Below the pieces are notes generated by a model, which was not told where the DNA came from, did not search any database, and saw only the letters and a program-made list of their open reading frames with translations. This document shows positions 1 to 6,505 of a DNA stretch of 20,000 nucleotides, one piece after another. Both the position numbers and the translations under genes were made by a program. Where the stretch lies: the IMG/VR virus record IMGVR_UViG_3300020049_007251; one strand, given 5' to 3'. The stretch is from an uncultured virus (IMG/VR IMGVR_UViG_3300020049_007251). Its lineage: Duplodnaviria; Heunggongvirae; Uroviricota; Caudoviricetes. The stretch's first letter is position 1; every line of letters begins with the position of its first letter.

Positions 1-2
1 GA

Positions 3-1337
3 TATTTCTATCACGTCCAGAATCTTATTTTTTCAGCGTTAGCAAACAGCAACTTTTATCAGCAAATGGATGAGCTTTATCTTGACCTCGGGACGGTCGG
101 AACCGGCGCGCTTCAGTCCGAGGAAGATCCCAAGAATGACGTTAGATTCTATGCCCGTCACATCCGCGAGATTTATGCGATTGAGAATGAGCGCGAAGAA
201 GTTGACGTCATCTATCGCAAGTTTGAATTCACCGCTTATCAGGCAATGAGATTTTTCGGTCGTGAAAATCTTGGTGACGCCGTTAAAGCCGCGATCGACC
301 AGAAGAAATACACCACGCCTTTTAACTTCTTGCAGTACATTGCCCCGCGTCATGAGCGCGACGTTGAGCTCGAAGATGCAATGAACATGCCTTTTCAATC
401 ATGTTGGCTAAGTCTCGACGACAAGAAGATTTTAAAAGAGGGCGGCTTCCAAGAATTCCCGATCAATGTGTGTCGATTCTATAAAAACTCCACTGAAACC
501 TACGGATATTCGCCGGCGTTCGAATGCTTCCCGGATATTTTGATGATGAATCAGGTCAAGCGCGTCGGCATCGAAGGCATGGAGCTTGCGATCTATCCGC
601 CGTACTTGGTGCACAACGACGGGATGCTTTCAACGCTCGATCTTCGCGCCGGTGCAATCAACTATCAAAGACAGTCATTGACCCAAGGCCGCGCCGTCGA
701 GCAAATGGCAATCCGCAACGACTTCAACGCCTATAAAGAAATGTCGGCCGAGACGAGACAGAACATCGAATCGGCTTTCTTTGTCGATCTTTTTTTAATG
801 ATCTCACGTAGCGAGGGAATGACAGCGACCGAAGTCATGCAACGCGCCCAAGAAAAAATGTTGATGCTTGGGCCGGCCCTCGGCCGCCTTCAGTCGGAGC
901 TTTTGAATCCGATCATTCAACGGGTTTATTCGATCTTGGCCCGCCGTGGTAAATTGCCGCCTTTGCCTGAAGAATTAAAGGACAAGGAATATGATGTCGT
1001 CTATGTTTCGCCGCTTGCCAAGGCACAGCGCGCGCTTCAGGCCAATGATATTCAATCATTCCTTGCAATCATTTTCGAAATGGCGAAGGTCGCCCCGGAT
1101 GTCATGGATATTGTAAACATCGATGACGCCGTTGAAGAAATTGCCAAGGCGAAGAACGTCAACGCGATCGTGATGAATGATCCCAAGAAAGTCGCGCAAA
1201 TTCGTCAACAGAAACAGCAGGCATTAGCTCAGAAAAATAGAATTGAAATGTTCTTAGCCGCTTCCCAAGCCGCGAATCAGACGGCGGGAGCATCGGAAGG
1301 ATTTGCAAATGCAAGAGCTACCCAAAACCTTAACTAA
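3..1337 (+). CDS. Portal protein (head-to-tail connector, T7 gp8/BPP-1 Bbp21-like), 5'-truncated by the window edge
   Basis: The frame of ORF 66..1337 is open back to base 3 (YFYHVQNLIFSALANSNFYQQMDELYLDLGTVGTG). It has motifs typical of podovirus portals: SNFY..E.Y.DLG..GTG, ETYGYSPA, MTATEVMQRAQEKMLMLGPALGRLQSELLNPII, YVSPLAKAQ. It lies upstream of the scaffold and capsid genes. Confidence 0.93.
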   Translation, partial: YFYHVQNLIFSALANSNFYQQMDELYLDLGTVGTGALQSEEDPKNDVRFYARHIREIYAIENEREEVDVIYRKFEFTAYQAMRFFGRENLGDAVKAAIDQKKYTTPFNFLQYIAPRHERDVELEDAMNMPFQSCWLSLDDKKILKEGGFQEFPINVCRFYKNSTETYGYSPAFECFPDILMMNQVKRVGIEGMELAIYPPYLVHNDGMLSTLDLRAGAINYQRQSLTQGRAVEQMAIRNDFNAYKEMSAETRQNIESAFFVDLFLMISRSEGMTATEVMQRAQEKMLMLGPALGRLQSELLNPIIQRVYSILARRGKLPPLPEELKDKEYDVVYVSPLAKAQRALQANDIQSFLAIIFEMAKVAPDVMDIVNIDDAVEEIAKAKNVNAIVMNDPKKVAQIRQQKQQALAQKNRIEMFLAASQAANQTAGASEGFANARATQNLN

Positions 1338-1587
1338 GCAAGAGCAACAGGAATTTTTTGCCGCCTTGCAAATTGACTATCGAAACGTTTTTGAGTCACC
1401 GGCCGGTCGGCGCGTCTTGGAAGATTTGAAGATCATGTGTTTCGGTTACAATACGCCTTTTCACTCCGATCCGTATGTTCACGCCTGCAACGCCGGGATG
1501 AATGAAGTTTTCCGTCACATCGAAGCGATGTCGCGGCCACAACCAAAACAAGAAACAAAGCCACCAGAAAGGGCAATCACGTCATGA
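1309..1587 (+). CDS. Small conserved phage protein following the portal (Bbp19-like)
   Basis: Motif YRNVFESPAGRRVLEDL...F..DPY..A.NAG is characteristic of the small protein between portal and scaffold in BPP-1-like phages. ATG 1309 has GAAGGA upstream, so it is preferred over TTG 1303. It overlaps the portal stop and couples to the next gene through ATGA (1584-1587). Confidence 0.72.
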   Translation: MQELPKTLTKQEQQEFFAALQIDYRNVFESPAGRRVLEDLKIMCFGYNTPFHSDPYVHACNAGMNEVFRHIEAMSRPQPKQETKPPERAITS

Positions 1588-2567
1588 CAATGGATAATCT
1601 CAAACCCGCAACAGCGGACAATTTGGCGACCCGGTTAAAAAAGCTTTTCAAGAATGCTTCCGGCAAGTTCCCGTTCAATAACAAAGGATTTATTAAGCTT
1701 TATCGCTCGCCCGACGGTGATGGCGGAGCAGGCGGCGAAGGCGAAGGGGAAGGCGCAGAAGGTGGCGAGGGTGAAGGCGCAGGCGCGGGAGCAGGCGGCG
1801 ACAAAGGTCAAAAGCCTTGGTACGATTCGCTCGATACCGATTTAAAAACGAATCCGACAATCACGAAATTCAAGAGCCCCGCAGAATTGGGAAAAAGTTA
1901 CGTCGAACTACAAAAGGCTTTCGGCAAAGATAAAGTTGTCGTCCCGACGGATAAGAGCACTCCTGAAGAATGGGCCGCATTTTATAACAAGACCGGCCGC
2001 CCGGAAAAAGCTGAACAGTATGAAACGCCAAGCATCGAAGGGCTCCCCGAGGAATTGCAAGTCTCGGCCGATGAGCTCAAGATCATGAAGGATAAAGCTC
2101 ATGAGCTCGGCATCAACAAAAAGCAATTCGCCGAATGGTATGCCTTCCAACAAGAAATGAAGATGAACAAATTCACCCAATCCGCAGGCAACGAGACGAA
2201 AGCCGTCAAGGCTACCGAAACGGCATTGCGTAAAGAATTGGGCGCGGCGTATGAATCAAAGATTGACCACGTGAACAAACTTTTGACGCAACACTTCAAA
2301 GACCCGGCCGCGATCAAGTTAATCAATCAGCATCTTGGTCGGAATCTTGGATTCATCAAAGGGATGTTGTCTTTGACCGGCGGCATGAAAGAAGATGGCT
2401 TAAACGGAAAAGGAAATTTCGCCGCGCTATCACCAGAACAGGCCAAGCTCGAATACGAAAAAGTCACAGCGTCAAAAGAATATAACGACGACGCCGCGCC
2501 GGGACATCAGGGAGCCGTCGATCGCGCTACTGATCTTCTCGTCATGATGGAAGCAGGCAAGCAATGA
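1584..2567 (+). CDS. Capsid assembly scaffolding protein
   Basis: Position between portal and capsid. Gly/Glu low-complexity N-terminal tract, then KFKSPAELGKSYVELQK, EEWAAFYNKTGRPEK and ETALRKELGAAYE; charged and helical; C-terminal ..PGHQGAVDR typical of these scaffolds. Confidence 0.8.
   Translation: MTMDNLKPATADNLATRLKKLFKNASGKFPFNNKGFIKLYRSPDGDGGAGGEGEGEGAEGGEGEGAGAGAGGDKGQKPWYDSLDTDLKTNPTITKFKSPAELGKSYVELQKAFGKDKVVVPTDKSTPEEWAAFYNKTGRPEKAEQYETPSIEGLPEELQVSADELKIMKDKAHELGINKKQFAEWYAFQQEMKMNKFTQSAGNETKAVKATETALRKELGAAYESKIDHVNKLLTQHFKDPAAIKLINQHLGRNLGFIKGMLSLTGGMKEDGLNGKGNFAALSPEQAKLEYEKVTASKEYNDDAAPGHQGAVDRATDLLVMMEAGKQ
1591..1633 (+). promoter_or_regulatory. Two tandem hairpins with GG-AYAA-U / A-C-CC internal loop at the scaffold translation start
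   Basis: 1591-1608 tGG ATAA T ctcaa A C CC g and 1615-1633 cGG ACAA T ttggcg A C CC g. The first overlaps the second in-frame ATG (1590). The same motif recurs upstream of the capsid gene. Confidence 0.5.
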
Positions 2568-2797
2568 GCGAAATCGTGAGCGAAAAACAAAATTCCGAAA
2601 TAGAGCTTGCAAAAATAAAATGTTCTTTATACAATTCGGTCATATCGAACGGATCAGCAGTTCAAAAGCAGGACGCCCTTAAAACGGCACAAGAAGCTTA
2701 TTCGTGGTGCACGAATCACATCGGACAATCTGAAGCAAAGGTCGCCATCCCGGCGACCAAAGCTTCGGCCCCGGCGGTGAATTCGTCAAAGAAGTAA
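2564..2797 (+). CDS. Hypothetical 77-aa protein
   Basis: ATGA overlap with the scaffold stop. The N-terminal ~50 aa look helical (ELAKIKC...ALKTAQEAYSW). The 3' third coincides with a long RNA hairpin. Confidence 0.6.
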   Translation: MSEIVSEKQNSEIELAKIKCSLYNSVISNGSAVQKQDALKTAQEAYSWCTNHIGQSEAKVAIPATKASAPAVNSSKK

Positions 2798-2890
2798 AGA
2801 ATCACGGGAAAACGGCAACGCCCGCCCCACAATTTTGTTTTACCCGCCCGAGAGGATAACGGGGATAGAGTTAGGTTTTAACTTTAGTCT
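2721..2890 (+). promoter_or_regulatory. Structured leader of the major capsid gene (three GG-ANAA internal-loop hairpins plus one AU-rich hairpin)
   Basis: 2721-2774 long stem (tcGG ACAA t ctgaagc aaa ggtcgcc atccc ggcgacc aaa gcttcgg c C CCgg); 2806-2828 GGG AAAA CGG caacgc CCG C CCC; 2843-2863 CCCG C CC GAGA GG ATAA CGGG (GNRA loop); about 2867-2885 agagtta/taacttt. Pairings were found by eye. Confidence 0.6.
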
Positions 2891-2919
2891 CTAAAATCTT
2901 CTAAAAGGGGTAATTCAAA

Positions 2920-3783
2920 ATGTCGACTCCAGACACAATCTATGCAAAGCAGTACGGCAACAACGTCTTTTTAAAAGCACAGCAAGAAGGCTCCCGTCAA
3001 AGAAATACCGTCATGGTGAAAACCGGCGTCAAAGCTGAAGAAACCTACATGGATCAGCTCGACGCTTTTGATGCTTTAGCCAAGGGCGGACGCCTTTCTC
3101 AAACCGACCCGACAGCAATCTCTGTCACCCGTCGCAGAATCGCGCTTGAAGATTATTACATCGCCAAGGGCTTAGATAAATCCGACAACATCCGCACACT
3201 TGCCGACCCGACTTCTCCGACGGCCAAGAATGCGTCAAATGGTATGGGTCGCAAAATTGACGACCTTATCATCGCGGCCGCAACAGGCACGGCATACACC
3301 GGCAAAACCGGGACGACCGCCGTTACGTTCCCCGCAGGCAACATCATCGCCGCCGGCGGTGTTGGGATGACTTTGTTGAAATGGCTTCAAGGTCTTGAAA
3401 TCTTAAACGGAAACGATGTCGATCCTTCCGATGAGAAGTTCTTGATTATCTCCTCGAAGCAGTTGACCAATCTTTTAAACACGACTGAAATCAAGTCGGC
3501 CGACTACAATTCGGTTAAAGCCTTGGTTCAGGGTGAGATCAATACCTTCTTAGGATGCAAAGTTATTCGAAGCGAACGCTTGGGCTTAAATGATTCTAGC
3601 GCGCGCAAGGTTCTTTTGTATTGCAAGAGCGGTATCGGTTTAGCGATTGGCGAAGATGTCACAAGCCGTATCGACGAATTACCGACGAATCACTACGCGA
3701 AGCAGATTTACTTCTCGATGAGCATGGGCGCAAGCCGTCTCGAAGAAGAAAAAGTCGTCGAAATCGATTGCGTCGAATCGTAA
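2920..3783 (+). CDS. Major capsid protein (BPP-1 Bbp17/APSE-like family)
   Basis: N-terminal KQYGNNVFLKAQQEGSR; AMGRKIDD-like NGMGRKIDDLIIAAA; SADYNSVKALVQGEINTFLG; C-terminal MSMGASRLEEEKVVEIDC. SD-like AAGGGG upstream; position after the scaffold. Confidence 0.92.
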   Translation: MSTPDTIYAKQYGNNVFLKAQQEGSRQRNTVMVKTGVKAEETYMDQLDAFDALAKGGRLSQTDPTAISVTRRRIALEDYYIAKGLDKSDNIRTLADPTSPTAKNASNGMGRKIDDLIIAAATGTAYTGKTGTTAVTFPAGNIIAAGGVGMTLLKWLQGLEILNGNDVDPSDEKFLIISSKQLTNLLNTTEIKSADYNSVKALVQGEINTFLGCKVIRSERLGLNDSSARKVLLYCKSGIGLAIGEDVTSRIDELPTNHYAKQIYFSMSMGASRLEEEKVVEIDCVES

Positions 3784-3834
3784 TCATCGGCTTAGAAATT
3801 ATTTTTTAAATAATTCCAAAAAGGAGCATTTCAC

Positions 3835-4281
3835 ATGGCAACAGTTAAAGGCGTCAACAGAACAAAGCAAGATAATCCGGGCGGGGCTAATGTCATCGCT
3901 CAAGGTTACAACAAAGCAAAGCTCGGCGTCATTTATGACGAATATGAAGCGGCGGCATTAGCGGCCGCGAGCATTATTCAGCTCGGTGATAAAATCCCGC
4001 AAGGTGCGACGGTTGTTGACATCTTGATCGCCACGGATGACTTGGCCGGCTCAACTGCCACACTCGACATCGGCGACAGCCATGACGTTGATCGTTACGC
4101 AACCGCGCTCGACGTTAGCACGGCCGCCGGTGGGAATCGTTATTCTTTAATGAATGACGGTAACATCGACGGGATCGGTTACAAAATCGGGACGAACACA
4201 GGCGACGATCAGCTTCAGGCAATCGTCAACACTAACGCGATCACCGGGACGATCAAGGTATGGGTCGTTTACGCCGTCTAA
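3835..4281 (+). CDS. Probable head decoration/cement (minor capsid) protein, 148 aa
   Basis: Immediately downstream of the capsid gene with a strong AAGGAG SD. Beta-strand-rich pattern (IPQGATVVDILIATDDL..STATLDIGD..DVDRY...GTIKVWVVY) as in post-capsid jelly-roll proteins. Confidence 0.65.
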   Translation: MATVKGVNRTKQDNPGGANVIAQGYNKAKLGVIYDEYEAAALAAASIIQLGDKIPQGATVVDILIATDDLAGSTATLDIGDSHDVDRYATALDVSTAAGGNRYSLMNDGNIDGIGYKIGTNTGDDQLQAIVNTNAITGTIKVWVVYAV

Positions 4282-4309
4282 TCAAACAGCAGAAAAAAGG
4301 AGCAAGGGA

Positions 4310-4840
4310 ATGTTCAAGTTAAACAAGAATGCAATCATCGCAATTATGATGTTCGCCGTTCTTGCCTTGTCAAATGTCGCTTCTGCTTCAGTTGGAATCA
4401 GATTAGATGACGTTTATCAGGGCGAAGCGACCGAGATCAATCTTGATACCGGGGGAAGCATCACGACTAACGACGGAAGCAAGTTTCAGCTTCCTATCGT
4501 AAGCGCGGGATTAATCCCAACGGGCCAAGGTTTGAGCGGTAGCACGTCAATGGCCGATACTGACACAGCCGTGCCCGTCACGTATGCGTTGGTAAGAAAA
4601 GCAATTAGCTCAACGGTCAGCCTTGCCGGGACATTAGCAAACGGCGTCCCCGGTCAGGTATTGAAAATCGAAATTACGGCTCGGGCATCTTCCGGGACGT
4701 ATATTCTTAGGCCGACAACGGCAACCGGCTTTACCACCGTAACCTTTGATGGTGTCGGTGATTATCTGACTTTACTTTATGTCAGCGATACAGTCGGTTG
4801 GATCGCTATTGGTTCGAATAGCGTCACGTTCAGCGGATAA
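4310..4840 (+). CDS. 176-aa Ser/Thr-rich beta protein with N-terminal signal peptide; probable head fibre/decoration protein
   Basis: The likely start is ATG 4310 (AAGGAG at 4297-4302), not 4154. It begins MFKLNKNAIIAIMMFAVLALSNVASA|SVG (basic n-region, hydrophobic core, A-S-A site). The C-terminal TLANGVPGQVLKI...TTVTFDGVGDYLTLLY...GW pattern resembles phage fibre/decoration C-terminal domains. Confidence 0.7.
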   Translation: MFKLNKNAIIAIMMFAVLALSNVASASVGIRLDDVYQGEATEINLDTGGSITTNDGSKFQLPIVSAGLIPTGQGLSGSTSMADTDTAVPVTYALVRKAISSTVSLAGTLANGVPGQVLKIEITARASSGTYILRPTTATGFTTVTFDGVGDYLTLLYVSDTVGWIAIGSNSVTFSG

Positions 4841-4850
4841 ACGAAACGCG

Positions 4851-4879
4851 GGGGCCGAGGGCGCAAAATCCTCGGCCCC
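4851..4879 (+). promoter_or_regulatory. GC-rich 10-bp hairpin between the head genes and the ligase gene (attenuator, mRNA stabiliser or atypical terminator)
   Basis: ggggccgagg (4851-4860) pairs with cctcggcccc (4870-4879) around a 9-nt loop. There is no U-tract on the + strand, and it ends 8 nt before ATG 4888. Confidence 0.6.
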
Positions 4880-4887
4880 GAAAACAT

Positions 4888-5952
4888 ATGATTAAAACAC
4901 TCACCATTCTCGCCACGACATTAATCGTGGCTTTAGCTTTAATCCCGCCGATTCAGTTTTTTATTTATTTCCCGGATCAAAATTTATGGCCTTGGGCGAT
5001 GACATTGATCGCATTTGCAGGCTTCTTGCTTTTCTTCATCAAGACGTCTTTTGCCGTTAAGGCCGTTAGCTTCCTTTCTTTTGTGAATTGCTTTGCGGTC
5101 GGCGGCGGCCTGCTTGCATTCCAGAATCACGCATTGATTGTGTTCGCATGTTATTTTTTTATCCTATACACGAAAATAGACTTTAAGATCACCGGCAAGG
5201 CGATTGCGGCGATCATATTGCTTAACCTTTTTCTTTTGATCGTCCAACATTTCAATGCCGATTCGATGCTTAACTTTGGGATCGATAGATCCCGCGTTCA
5301 CGGTGTGGTCGGTCAGTCGATGCAAATGGGAAGCTTCAGCGTCATTTTATCTGCGGCGGCTTTGCCTTTTGCGTGGTGGATGATCTTCTTTCCAATAGTC
5401 ACCGGCTTGATGATTGGTTCTTCATGGGCGATATTTTCTGCGGCCGTGGGGATATTTGTATTTTTTATGTGCATGGGATTGCGTATACTCGCCGTATTAT
5501 TTGCCGGCGCGGTCATTGTTTTATTTCTTTCCGTTTGCATCAGCCAAAACAAGATCGGATCTAATTTGGGCATTGGCGGACGTGCCAAAGCATGGAAAGA
5601 AACTGCAAAGCTCACACTTGAGCATCCCGTAAAAGGGTGGGGCGGCGGAAAATTCAAGTATATCTTCCCGGCGTTAGGATCGAAACATCACAAGCCGTAC
5701 ACAACCGCACACAATTTCTTTTTACAGTTTGCCTTTGAATTTGGATGGCCTTTGACGATATTGGTCGGACTTTGCCTTGCTTGGTTATTCTGGAAGCTTA
5801 TTGTGATCGGCGCATTCGATCTTGCGACCGGCCTTTCGATGATCGTCGTAAATGCTCAAGTTCACTTCCCGGATAGAATGATTCAGACTGTTTTAATAAT
5901 CGTATTTTTTCTTGCAATGTGCCATAGGAGAATCGCCAATGACCGCACTTAG
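4888..5952 (+). CDS. O-antigen ligase family (WaaL/Wzy_C/PglL-like) polytopic membrane protein
   Basis: About 10-11 hydrophobic segments. Family motifs: RVHGVVGQSMQMG; GRAKAWKETAKLTLEHPVKGWGGGKF (R...W.......HP..G.G.G.F); TAHNFFLQFAFEFGW (AHN..LQ...E.G); VHFP near the C-terminus. Confidence 0.88.
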   Translation: MIKTLTILATTLIVALALIPPIQFFIYFPDQNLWPWAMTLIAFAGFLLFFIKTSFAVKAVSFLSFVNCFAVGGGLLAFQNHALIVFACYFFILYTKIDFKITGKAIAAIILLNLFLLIVQHFNADSMLNFGIDRSRVHGVVGQSMQMGSFSVILSAAALPFAWWMIFFPIVTGLMIGSSWAIFSAAVGIFVFFMCMGLRILAVLFAGAVIVLFLSVCISQNKIGSNLGIGGRAKAWKETAKLTLEHPVKGWGGGKFKYIFPALGSKHHKPYTTAHNFFLQFAFEFGWPLTILVGLCLAWLFWKLIVIGAFDLATGLSMIVVNAQVHFPDRMIQTVLIIVFFLAMCHRRIANDRT

Positions 5953-6502
5953 TGACGTCTCAATTTGTAACGTTGGCTTGACGCTATTATCAAGCTCGAG
6001 AATAACTGCCTTGACCGAGGACAGCGAAAACGCGAGAAAGTGCAATGCCGTCTATCAGATTTTACGCGACGAAATGATCGAGGGGCACGATTGGAACTTT
6101 GCAAAACTTCAGGCGACCTTGGGGCTTGTCGCTTCTACGCCTTCGACAAATTGGGATTATATCTATCAGCTCCCGACCGATTGCATCCGCGTTTATCGTA
6201 TGGCAAACGACGGCGATTTTCAGGTATACGGTGACAAGCTCTACACAAACGAGACGACAGCGGTCATCGAATATTTCGCACGGATAACCGACCCGATGCA
6301 ATTCTCGCCCGGATTTGCTTCTGCTCTTTCCGCGCGAATTGCCCGCGATTTAGCATATGGCATCACTCAATCAAGCACGGTCGCCGACGCAATGGCAAAG
6401 AATTACGAAGCACGGTATTCAGAAGCAAAGGCTTCAGACGCGCAGGCCGGCAAGCCACAGCCGCCGCTTAGATCATCTTTTATCTCATCAAGGGGATATT
6501 AA
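5939..6502 (+). CDS. Tail tubular protein A / head-tail adaptor (T7 gp11-like)
   Basis: ATG 5939 with AGGAG SD at 5926-5930. Motifs VSICNVGL..L, HDWNFAK, WDYIYQLPTDCIRV and F..ALSARIARDLAY.IT are typical of the family. It precedes tubular protein B. Confidence 0.88.
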   Translation: MTALSDVSICNVGLTLLSSSRITALTEDSENARKCNAVYQILRDEMIEGHDWNFAKLQATLGLVASTPSTNWDYIYQLPTDCIRVYRMANDGDFQVYGDKLYTNETTAVIEYFARITDPMQFSPGFASALSARIARDLAYGITQSSTVADAMAKNYEARYSEAKASDAQAGKPQPPLRSSFISSRGY

Positions 6503-6505
6503 AAA

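Noticed and set aside
1714..1800. GGC/GAA-rich repeats in the scaffold gene
   Set aside because: Ordinary Gly/Glu low-complexity linker common in scaffold N-termini.
3797..3815. AT-only inverted repeat aattattt/aaataatt after the capsid stop as a terminator
   Set aside because: It has no GC pairs and no downstream U-tract, so it is too weak to call.
4154..4309. 52-codon upstream extension of the 4310 ORF overlapping the 148-aa gene, as a possible frameshift fusion like T7 10A/10B
   Set aside because: No slippery site was recognised, ATG 4154 has no SD, and ATG 4310 has a strong SD that places the signal peptide at the N-terminus.
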